A DNA stretch of 64,000 nt from Candidatus Latescibacterota bacterium (GTDB taxonomy: Bacteria; Latescibacterota; UBA2968; UBA8231). Position 1 is the first letter of the stretch. Every line of letters begins with the position of its first letter. Location of the stretch: contig CBDFJF010000002.1 of assembly GCA_965248265.1 (NCBI GenBank), forward strand, positions 3,040,001 through 3,104,000, given 5' to 3'. The notes under the pieces are model-generated. The model was not told where the DNA came from, ran no database searches, and saw nothing but the letters and a program-made list of their open reading frames with translations. Positions 1-9,362 of this stretch are shown one piece after another. The position numbers and the translations under genes were made by a program.

Positions 1-830
1 GGGCCGCGGGACGACCTTTCAGGTTCGTCTCCCTGTCCGGCTCGAGCGAGCTGGCGAGTGAGCGAGTCCACTCGCCAAGCGTTCAGCACGAAACCAGTTC
101 AGATGTGGGCACAGAAATCAGTTAGCAAGAAGGCAACATCTAGCCACAGGTGACGAGTTGACAACTGGAGAGAGATTCACAAAGGACTGTGTCATAAAAC
201 ACGGAGTGCAGTTCACGCCAGGTGACGGCGCCGACAAGCTCGTCGTATTGGTTCATCTCGACATAGACCGTATCCACGTCTCGCCCCAAAACGGCGCGCA
301 TATTAATGTCTACTACCCTCGTTCCACAATCAGAGCCATTCTGCCAGACGCCAGATTCAGAGTCAGCTGACGTGCAAACACGAAAGGTGATCGTCGGACC
401 GTCAAGGCGACGCAGATTGTTCTCTGTGGCATTCAGACAGAGTACTGCATCGATACAACTACACGTCGTGCGTACAGTCTCGAGTATAACGTCACGCTGG
501 TAGGTAACGGCCATTCAACCTGGGCGGCACGTTGTCCGCCACCCAAAAAATAGCGCACACCACAACGACGTTCTGTGCGGTTGGTTTGCCAAAGTCGTTG
601 ATTTCGGCCAGTTGCGTTTCGATTGATCCCCAGTTCACTTTGACCGAACTGACGGGCATCACCATATCACTCCGATTCTCGCTGAGCATCGGATGTTGTC
701 TGATTCCCGCCTATCAGTTCGCCCGAGGATCCTTGACCATGTGCATTCGGGGGTGTTTCCTAGTGTCCCACGAGGGAGGCCGCATGGCCAACCTGATCTC
801 AGGCGCTCCCAATGAGGTCCTCCCGACCAT

Positions 831-887
831 GCTCTCGACATTGACGGCGGACCTGTCGGCCAGCTCACCGATGGTGTGTGCGCTCAT
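831..887 (-). pseudogene. MerR-family regulator, N-terminal remnant (~19 aa)
   Basis: MSAHTIGELADRSAVNVES resembles the MerR HTH start (TIGxLAxxxGVNVETIRYY). GAGGA RBS upstream. Similarity stops abruptly after VES. Confidence 0.65.
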
Positions 888-914
888 ACGAAACTTCCTC
901 ACCCACTAACAATT

Positions 915-938
915 CTCCGTACTCAGGTAAGGAGTCAA
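915..938 (-). promoter_or_regulatory. mer-type operator/promoter
   Basis: Minus strand reads TTGACTCCTTACCTGAGTACGGAG: a -35 TTGACT overlapping the dyad CTCCTTAC-N4-GTACGGAG, close to the classic MerR operator TCCGTAC-N4-GTACGGA. Confidence 0.7.
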
Positions 939-1063
939 CGGCCAATTCAGCGTCTGCACCGCGAAAAGCAGCGGCCGTCAACTGTGGTCGCAGCCGAAGC
1001 GGGACTGCGATGAAGGCCCAGGGGGCGTAGTGAACGAAGAGCCGCTGTGCCCGGAGAGAACCG

Positions 1064-3886
1064 CTATTTGAGCAAACTGTGGAGGCGAGCCTCGGAATGC
1101 GCGTTCCAGCCGCTGAGGATCTCGGCGATGCGAAAATCCTCATCGAGGATGAAGGTGATGGGCACGGAAAGCCGATCGCCCGAATAGAGCAATTCCAGGC
1201 TGCTCTCGTCGGCGGTGAAGACTGGATACGAGATTCCGAGTCTGGTGAGAAAGGAGGCGACTTTGCGGCGGGCGTCTTCCACTTCGACGCTGATGCCGAT
1301 CAGATCCACACCAGAGGACAGCAGTTCGGGGTAGAGTTTCTCCAGCTGCGGCATCTCTTCACGACACGGAGCACACCAGGTGGCCCACAGGTTGACGACG
1401 GCAGGGCGGCCCGACGAGCGCAGGGCGGTCGCGGCCCCGTGCCGGTCGGTCAGCGCCAGCGCGGGAAACGGCTCTCCCGGGCGCGGCCGTACGGACTGGC
1501 GGACGAGCTCGTCGGTCGCCGCGGGGTCGGACAGCGAGAAGCGGCGCTCGCGCACGTACTCCAGCTCGTCTTCACCCTCCCGCACCAATACCGATGAGCC
1601 GGCCGCTACCGGGCCAAAACGCTGCGTCGATCCAGCGGGCCACCGGATCTGGAGCCATTGGGCGCTCTCGTCCTGTCCCAGGCCGAACAGCAGGCGCGGG
1701 TCACTCTGCGAGACGAAGCCGCTGCCTCCTGCCTTGATTCGCGTGAGCACTCCCTGCGAGGTCTTGACCCGCACCCGGGCGCCGTAGGCGTCACGCCCGC
1801 TCTCGCTTCCTCTCAGGGCAACGCGGAGGAAGCCGTTGCGAGTGCCGACTTCATTGCGGAACAGGTGATGGGTCTGCCCCTGCAGGCTGGTCAGGAAGAC
1901 GTCGTAGTCGCCGTCGTTGTCGAAGTCGGCGTAGGCGGCGCCACGCGCGTCGCTGACGGCGTCGAGCCCCGACAGTCCGGAAATGTCGACGAAGCGCTCG
2001 CCGCGATCGCTGAGGTAGAGCTTGTCGCGTTCGAAACCGCTGAACGAGAAACCGTCCTCCAGGATCTTGGCCATGTGCTCATTCTGATACTGGGAGTTCC
2101 CGGCGTCTTCCAGTTCCACTGACGACGCCAGCACGTGGCGCCAGAACAGGCTTCACGTGTCCTTCAGCGACTTGCCAGAGACGAATCCGTTGGGGCTGTG
2201 GATGTCCTGCCAGCCGTCGTTGTCGAAGTCGAGGAATCCACCCCCCCAGGCCCATCCGCCGGCGAACGGTCCGATCGCGGCGCTCACGTCCTCGAACCGC
2301 CCGTCTCCGAGATTGTGGAAGACTGTGTTGCCGGCGGCGAGCTTGTTGAGGACGCGGGTCTCGTCCAGGTGCGAGGCGCTGTCGGGGAACAGACGCTTGA
2401 TAATGCGATTGCCTGCCGTCGAGGACATGTTGGTGACGTGCAGGTCGAGATGCCCGTCGTTGTCGTAGTCGCCGACGGAGACACCCATGCCGTTGCCCGG
2501 GTCCAGCATGCCCATGGCGGCGGCGACATCCTCGAACCGGTCCCCGCGATTGAGGTACACCGCGTTCTCGCCAAAGTCGTTGGCAAGGTAAAAATCCTGT
2601 CGACCGTTGTCGTCGAGATCGACGAAGTGGGCCGCATACGACCAGCGGCTGTCGGCCACGCCCCAGGCGGCGCCCTGCTCGGCAAAGGTGCCGTCGCCGC
2701 GATTGACGAACAGCAGATTCGGCGTGCCGTTGGTGGCCCGTGACCAGGAATTGGGCATAACCAGGCCATAGCGATTGTAGGAGGCCACGTGGATGTCGGG
2801 ATAGCCGTCGCCGTTGACGTCGGCCGCGCTGGCGCTGAATCCCTGTGCGGGCAAATCGACGCCGGACGCCGCCGACACATCGACGAAGGTGAGCGTGCCA
2901 TCGGGCACCAACCGACTCTCGAACAGCATCTGATCGCCCAGCGTCGCCACGAACAGATCACTGTCGCCGTCGTTGTCGTAATCGAGAAAGAGCGCTCCCG
3001 AGCCGTTGAGGGTGATCTTGAGACCGGCCGCGGCGGCGCGATTCTCGAAGCGACCGTCGCCCAGGTTCAAGAAGAGGAAGTTCTGCCCCTGACTCGTCGT
3101 GAACACATCGAGCAGTCCGTCGCCGTCGACGTCGGCGACCGCGACCCCGTGAGCGATGAAGCCGGGATTGTCCGGCGAGCCGAAACGCGGCAGGGTGTGG
3201 TATACCTCGGCGGATACGGTGACTTCGTTGAACAGGTCCGTCAACGCGACGCGCGCGTGGAAGGAGGAGAGGGTGAACTCCCCGATGGACCAGCGCTCGC
3301 CGGCGCGGACAGCCTCCACGTGCGCCTTCGCTTCGGTCCAGGCGCGAGCGCCGCTGCGGTCGCGTCCGATGATGGCTATGTAGATGGAGGCATCGGCGCG
3401 CGTCTGTAACTCGCGCATGTCGAAGTCAGCCTGTTTGACCTTGAAACGCACGTCCTCGATACTGGCGAAGCCGCCGAGGTAGCTGTGCCAGCTGCTCAGG
3501 AAGGCGGCTGCGTCCACGGGCTCCAGCGGCCAGGGCGAGTCGACCTCGGCGATCCACTTGATCTGGGGCGTGCGGTCACCTCCCGGCGCAGGCCATGGGG
3601 TCGCGGTGAGTCGGGGACTGAAGTGGCCGGCCATCGAATCGGCATCGCGATCGCGCACGGCGAGGGAGAGTTCGTGCAACTGGTTGGCGAGGTCCTCGCT
3701 CAAATCCTCGATTTGTTCGACCTGAGCCCGGTTCACTGGACCGGCGTCCGACGGACCGGCCTGCGCACTACTCGCAGGAGGGTCGGCGACACCCACAGCA
3801 AGTGACAGGGCAGCGGCGGCGATAGCCGCACGGCGGGCTTCACGCCATAGTGTGATGGGTGCGTGCAAGGGGTTCTCTCGGCTCAC
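1064..3886 (-). CDS. Secreted CRTAC1/UnbV-like FG-GAP repeat protein with ASPIC/UnbV and C-terminal TlpA thioredoxin domains; putative selenoprotein (UGA at 2153-2155)
   Basis: Signal-peptide-like N-terminus, many DxDxDGxxD FG-GAP repeats, ASPIC/UnbV motif (GSGFVSQSDPRLLFGLG...IRWP) and NLWATWCAPCREEMP. ORFs 2153..3886 and 1064..2134 are in frame: SGKSLKDT-TGA-SLFWRHVLASS. Confidence 0.85.
2113..2147 (-). promoter_or_regulatory. Candidate bacterial SECIS element
   Basis: 3' of the UGA: stem GGCGCCA/UGGCGUC closing the loop CGUGC (G at loop position 2, followed by U). The loop starts at the 18th nt after UGA. A lower GUUC/GAAC pairing is also possible. Confidence 0.65.
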
Positions 3887-4331
3887 ATCTCGTTCGGATC
3901 GACAATCGCACTGTAGGTAAACTGACGTACGTGGCGGGCCCGATCAATGTCGCTTACGACGAACGACGACGGTGCGGATGCGGCTGAAGGCCCAGGTGAG
4001 TTCTGCGATAATCAGACAATCAGAATGAAGCTGAGTTCGGCGCTCGAGCAGTAACGCTCGGCCTCGTATTCAAGTTCCGAGCGGGGGAGAGCTCTTTGGA
4101 GTCGACACACGAACCGAACCGATGGGTAGCGCGGTGGCTGTTCATCGTCAGTTGTTCCGTCGTCGGCCTGGTCGCCATCGGCAGGTGGGTGCGGCTGACG
4201 GTCGGGGTTGTCGATGCGGCCCGGATCGCAGAGACTGGTGCCGCTGGAGGCACGGTGGCTGATTCGGTTGCTCGTGCGGTAATCGCACCATCAAACCGAT
4301 TACCGGTGTGAGAGGTCCTGTCGTCAGGAAT

Positions 4332-4364
4332 AACCCTCCCGGAGCACTACGATCCGGGAGGGTT
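4332..4364. terminator. Strong hairpin, probable intrinsic terminator
   Basis: AACCCTCCCGGA-N9-TCCGGGAGGGTT, a perfect 12-bp inverted repeat. Confidence 0.5.
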
Positions 4365-4841
4365 TCTGCTTCGGACGATTTCAGCTCTCAGAGTCAGGAT
4401 CGTTCCACCATGTGCTCTGGTGCGGGACGCGGGTGCCGATGGAATTGAAGAAAAGCTGTGTCGCCGTATGGGGCGGGCCGGCTCCATGGCGAAGCGGCGG
4501 CCGACGGAGTCGTCGTCCCAGGTCCAGCCGTCTCGTTCGCGGACGTTGGCCACCAGTTTCGCCGTGTCGTCGACGTACACCTTGTAGCTGACGTAAAGAT
4601 TGGAATCCGTGTACGCGTGGCGGGCTTCGACAGGGTAGGAGAGCGGATGAAGCCGCATGAAGGGCAGGTTCTTGTGGAACCGAGATACCAGCGTGGCTTC
4701 TTGCCAGGCCACGTCGTTCAACTCTCCGTCGACCACGGGTAGCACGTACGGAGGCAGAGTGAACGCCCGCAGTGATGGTAAGGCAAGGGGGAGGTGTCCT
4801 CTCGGTGACACTCCCCCTTGCTGAGCACGATTCGGCACCAT
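4347..4841 (-). pseudogene. CBM9-like sugar-binding domain fragment
   Basis: PVVDGELNDVAWQEA...YTDSNLYVSYKV...RERDGWTWDDDSV. The frame degrades after DDDSV. Confidence 0.55.
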
Positions 4842-4903
4842 CAGGCGCTGTGACAGCGGAGTAGGTGAGCTCTATCACCGAACGGCGCGTACCTGGCCGT
4901 ATG

Positions 4904-5404
4904 TCATGTGTTCGGCTTCTTCAGCAGAATCTGAAAGATCATGACGTGAGTCACGAAAAGGGCCGGCACGATCAGAAGTGGGATGAAAACCACTCCACCC
5001 AGTTGGCCTGCATCTACGTGCTGCAGACCTTGAGATATGGCATAAACTGCATCGATGGTCCCCTCCAGATTGAAGATCCAGACTAGAGGAATCGCAATCG
5101 ACCATCTGAACTTCAGTGCTACCACCGCAATCAGAGCGAGGATGGACGCCAGAAGGTCGCCGTAGGCAGCCGGCACGGCAAAGTCGTGGGTAACATCGGG
5201 CGATACGACACCAGGAATGAGAAAGGCAAGTCCGATGTAACGAAACGCATGGGGGAGCACCAGTGGGATCAGCGCATCATGGCGGGAAAGTTTCGTTAAG
5301 GCCGGCATGACATACCATCGAGCGATGAGTCCGTAGGTTGCTATCCCGAGCACAATGCTCACCGCGATCTTCAGCATATCCTGCCCCAGGACTTCTGATG
5401 GCAT
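4904..5404 (-). CDS. Hypothetical multi-pass membrane protein
   Basis: GGGAGG RBS before ATG 5404. Hydrophobic segments with HAFRYIGLAFL, PAAYGDL and WIFNLEG motifs. Confidence 0.75.
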   Translation of the reverse strand: MPSEVLGQDMLKIAVSIVLGIATYGLIARWYVMPALTKLSRHDALIPLVLPHAFRYIGLAFLIPGVVSPDVTHDFAVPAAYGDLLASILALIAVVALKFRWSIAIPLVWIFNLEGTIDAVYAISQGLQHVDAGQLGGVVFIPLLIVPALFVTHVMIFQILLKKPNT

Positions 5405-5834
5405 GAGTGTCCTCCCTTCGGTTAAGGCGCTGTGCGCTGGGTGAACGTGATGAGAAACTTCCCGATCAGACTCTTTCTCTTCTTCAGCATCAGCACATGC
5501 CATAGACGAGTCGTGGCCATGGTATTCGTGGACTACCGCCTGCCCCGCCCGGCGGTCGCACAATATGCTGCCTAACGGCAAAAAACGCACTCTCCACAAG
5601 ATGGAGGGGCGCGATCTCCATCTGTTGCGTGATTTGCCCAGGATCATGAAACGATGGATGGAGAGGGAACAGTTGCTGACTAGCCAGGCGAGGCGGATTG
5701 CCGTGGTCCGCTAGGCGAGCATCAGATTCAGTGGACGATTCCCACCCAGTGACAATCGGCAGTGCCTGCTCTCCCATGACTTAAGAACGGAAGCTGCACA
5801 TCACTTTCCTGATCAGTCGTAACATCGGAAGACA

Positions 5835-8288
5835 CTATATCTTTAGGCCACGCAGCCGCAATGCGTTGGCTATGACGGACAGGGAGCTGAAAGTCATGGC
5901 GGCGCTGGCGATGATCGGGCTCAGCAGCAGTCCATAGACAGGATAGAGGACACCGGCTGCGACGGGCACGCCCAGGCTGTTGTAAGCGAAGGCGAAGAAC
6001 AGGTTCTGGCGAATGTTGCGCATGGTACCGCGACTCAGGAGTCGCGCCTTTGCGATGCCACGCAGGTCGCCCTGCACCAGCGTGATGCCGGCGCTCTCCA
6101 TGGCCACGTCGGTACCGGTGCCCATGGCGATACCCACGTGGGCCCGCGCCAGTGCGGGAGCATCGTTAATGCCGTCGCCGGCCATGGCCACCGTGCGCCC
6201 CTCCTCTTGCAGGCGCTCTATGACGGCGCTCTTGTCCTCGGGCAGCACCTCCGCCACAACATGGTCGATGCCAAGCTCGCCAGCCACGGCTCGCGCGGTC
6301 AACTCGCTGTCGCCGGTTAACATGACGATGCGGATGCCAGCCTCGTGCAGCAGGCGGATCGCCTCCGGTGTGGAGCCTTTGATCGGATCGGCTACACCGA
6401 GGACGCCGACGGTCTGGCCGTCTACGGCGACGAACATGGCTGTATACCCTTTCTCGCGCAGGCCCACAGCCGGATCGCGCAGCCCCGATATGTCGATGCC
6501 CTCCTGCGCGAAGAGGGCCGCGTTGCCCAGGACCAGGGCCCTCCCGTCCACCGTGCCCATGACCCCCTTGCCCGGAGTCGACTCGAAACTTTCAACTCCG
6601 ACCAGGTCGAGTCCCCGAGCCTCGGCGCCGTCGACGATGGCGGCCGCAAGGGGGTGCTCGCTGCCGCGCTCGAGACTGGCTGCCAGGCGCACCAGGTCGT
6701 CCTCGCCGAGGGCGTCGGTGGTCTCGACGGCGATCAGCTTCGGCTTGCCTTCGGTGAGAGTGCCAGTCTTGTCGACGACGACGGTGTCCACCTTCTCGAA
6801 CAGCTCCAAGGCCTCGGCGTCACGGATCAGCACGCCGGCGGTGGCTCCCCGTCCCGTGCCTACCATGATCGACATCGGTGTCGCCAGGCCAAGGGCGCAG
6901 GGACATGCGATGATCAGGACCGCCACGGCGTTAACCAATGCGTAGCCCATTGCCGGCTCGGGACCGACAGCGGCCCAGACGAAGAAGGTGGCGGCCGCTG
7001 ACAGCACCACCGCAGGCACGAACCACGCGGCTACCTGGTCGGCGACGCGCTGAATTGGCGCCCGGCTGCGCTGCGCGTCGGCTACCATCTGCACGATGCG
7101 CGACAGCAGCGTGTCGGCGCCGACGCGCTGCGCCACGATGACCAGGGTGCCGTTGCCGTTTACTGTGCCGCCCGTGACGATGCTGCTCACGCTCTTCTCC
7201 ACGGGTATGGGTTCGCCGGAGACCATCGACTCGTCCACCGAGCTACTGCCCTCCACGACTTCCCCATCCACAGGGAGTTTGCCACCTGGACGCACCCGCA
7301 AGTGCATGCCTACCGTCACCTCCTCGAGGGGAATCTCCGTTTCGACGCCGTCTTCGGCGACGCGCAGCGCCGTGGGCGGCGCCAGGCTGAGCAGTTGCTT
7401 CAGGGCAGATGACGTACGGCTGCGCGCCTTCAATTCCAGTACCTGCCCGAGCAGCACCAGGGCGGTGATTACGGCGCCCGCCTCGAAGTAGACGGCCACC
7501 TGACCGCCTTGCCCGCGGAAGGAATCCGGAAACACCTCTGGCGCCAGTGTGGCGACGATACTGTAGCCGAAAGCGGCGCCTACACCGATGCCGATGAGCG
7601 TGAACATGTTGAGGCTGCGGTTGACGATGGACTGCCAGCCCCGCACGAAGAAGGGCCAGCCGCCCCAGAGAATAACGGGCGTGGCGAGGGCGAACTGCAG
7701 CCACGTGTTGGCGGTGCGCGACAGCCAGTCGTTCACCGGGTTCCCGGGGATGTGATCGCCCATGGCCAACACCAGCACCGGCAGGGTCAAGACCGTGCTG
7801 ATCCAAAACCGTCGCCGCATGTCGATAAACTCGGGATCCTCTTCCTCGTCAAGGGTAATGGTGCGCGGTTCCAGAGCCATGCCACACTTGGGGCAGGTGC
7901 CTGGCCCGTCCTGCACGACCTCGGGGTGCATCGGGCACGTGTATTCCGTTCGGTGCTGTGGGCCCTGCAGGGTGACCAGCTCGAGGGCCATTCCGCAGTC
8001 CGGGCAAGATCCCGGACCGACCTGCCGCACCTCGGGATGCATAGGGCAGGTGTATCCAGCCGAATGATCTCGGTGGTCAAGATTGCTAGTCTCTGCGCCG
8101 TGGCCTGCGAGAAACTGTGACGGATCGACGCTGAACCGCTCGCGGCAATGATTGCTGCAGAAGAAATAGGTGACACCATCGTGTGCGAAGCTGGGAGTGT
8201 CGGCTGTGGGCATTACTTCCATGCCGCAAACGGGATCTAAAGCCACCTCCCCGTCAATGCCTCCGGCGTGAACTGTTGGATCTTCCAT
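5835..8288 (-). CDS. copA: Cu(I)/Ag(I)-translocating P1B-type ATPase with YHS and two CPMHP metal-binding domains
   Basis: DPVCGM (YHS), two [38 protein letters not shown] and MxxSS. Confidence 0.95.
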   Translation of the reverse strand: MEDPTVHAGGIDGEVALDPVCGMEVMPTADTPSFAHDGVTYFFCSNHCRERFSVDPSQFLAGHGAETSNLDHRDHSAGYTCPMHPEVRQVGPGSCPDCGMALELVTLQGPQHRTEYTCPMHPEVVQDGPGTCPKCGMALEPRTITLDEEEDPEFIDMRRRFWISTVLTLPVLVLAMGDHIPGNPVNDWLSRTANTWLQFALATPVILWGGWPFFVRGWQSIVNRSLNMFTLIGIGVGAAFGYSIVATLAPEVFPDSFRGQGGQVAVYFEAGAVITALVLLGQVLELKARSRTSSALKQLLSLAPPTALRVAEDGVETEIPLEEVTVGMHLRVRPGGKLPVDGEVVEGSSSVDESMVSGEPIPVEKSVSSIVTGGTVNGNGTLVIVAQRVGADTLLSRIVQMVADAQRSRAPIQRVADQVAAWFVPAVVLSAAATFFVWAAVGPEPAMGYALVNAVAVLIIACPCALGLATPMSIMVGTGRGATAGVLIRDAEALELFEKVDTVVVDKTGTLTEGKPKLIAVETTDALGEDDLVRLAASLERGSEHPLAAAIVDGAEARGLDLVGVESFESTPGKGVMGTVDGRALVLGNAALFAQEGIDISGLRDPAVGLREKGYTAMFVAVDGQTVGVLGVADPIKGSTPEAIRLLHEAGIRIVMLTGDSELTARAVAGELGIDHVVAEVLPEDKSAVIERLQEEGRTVAMAGDGINDAPALARAHVGIAMGTGTDVAMESAGITLVQGDLRGIAKARLLSRGTMRNIRQNLFFAFAYNSLGVPVAAGVLYPVYGLLLSPIIASAAMTFSSLSVIANALRLRGLKI

Positions 8289-8325
8289 TACCTACTCCTC
8301 AGCCCAGAATGCGGGATTCCACGCT

Positions 8326-9240
8326 CTACGGTTTGCTGTCTTCTTCCGACACAAGATCCGGGTTCGGTAACAGCAGATCAGGTGTTACTGTATCCCAACC
8401 TGCTGACGCCACAGTAACCCGATGCATTACTTGCTCGAAACCACCAGGCATTATGGCACTTGCTTCAAACAGAAAGGGAACCATGACCCCATCAATAGCA
8501 CGGTAGTCGAGATAATTTGTTGCGCCAGCTGCGAACCCACTCCCATCCCATCCCATATCGCGGATGGTGTATTCGATACGGTCAATAAGGCCTGTCTCCT
8601 TATTGATATGTACTATGTATTGGTCTACTTCTCGATTCGGTTCGAGGCTGCCCCACGTTACGAAAACACGATCGAAGTTATTGTCCGGACTGTCGCTGAG
8701 AGCAGCGATGACTGTTGCTGAACTAATCCGAAAAGGAAACTCAACCCACCACTGAAAAGTCGGAAGAAAGAAGCGAATTGCTTCGTCTGAACGAAAAACT
8801 GGACTCTGACCTACTTGAGAGCGATAGGTTCTCCAAGCCTGAATACCCCACACCTCCGTTAAGCCTGAGGGATCAAGCAGCTCTAATCGCGACGTCCATG
8901 TACCAAGAAGCAACTGCAATCTGATTTCTTGTCGTGCATTCGGAAAGGGATTAATGAAAGCACGTCCCATCCAATGGAGCCAATCGTCGATTGCCGATAT
9001 TTCCAGGCTGCCGCGCAGGTTCCATTTTTCAACACCATGTACACTGGCGGCGCTTGCGAGTAGTTCTTTGCCTTTGGCGGCAGCCGAATCGGTTATGGTT
9101 CCTTTCCTTAACCCCGTCGGTCGTATGTCAGCAACGTAGGATACAATCGTAATACCTCCACCCACCACCGCGATCAATAAAACCAACGCAACCCAAAGCG
9201 ACAATCGCCGAAGGCGAGACAACTCGGATTCGTCTTTCAT
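8326..9240 (-). CDS. Hypothetical membrane-anchored protein
   Basis: Long ORF with one N-terminal TM segment (LWVALVLLIAVVGGGITIV). Lower GC than its neighbours. Start uncertain. Confidence 0.7.
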   Translation of the reverse strand: MKDESELSRLRRLSLWVALVLLIAVVGGGITIVSYVADIRPTGLRKGTITDSAAAKGKELLASAASVHGVEKWNLRGSLEISAIDDWLHWMGRAFINPFPNARQEIRLQLLLGTWTSRLELLDPSGLTEVWGIQAWRTYRSQVGQSPVFRSDEAIRFFLPTFQWWVEFPFRISSATVIAALSDSPDNNFDRVFVTWGSLEPNREVDQYIVHINKETGLIDRIEYTIRDMGWDGSGFAAGATNYLDYRAIDGVMVPFLFEASAIMPGGFEQVMHRVTVASAGWDTVTPDLLLPNPDLVSEEDSKP

Positions 9241-9362
9241 CTTGGAGCCATCCTTCATTTGTGTGATTTCCGCGTGTTTCGAACGACGCCAGCAAGATAC
9301 TCCTTGGGTTTCAACCCAGCTCATGGAGCGACTTGCGTGATATCGACAGTTGGTGGTCGGGC

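Noticed and set aside
140-689. DUF1573-like Ig domain (VILETVRTTCSC) split over two ORFs
   Set aside because: Only one weak motif, not enough to call.
6013-8120. Long antisense ORFs over copA (likewise over dnaK and carB)
   Set aside because: Shadow ORFs expected in GC-rich coding DNA, with no motifs.
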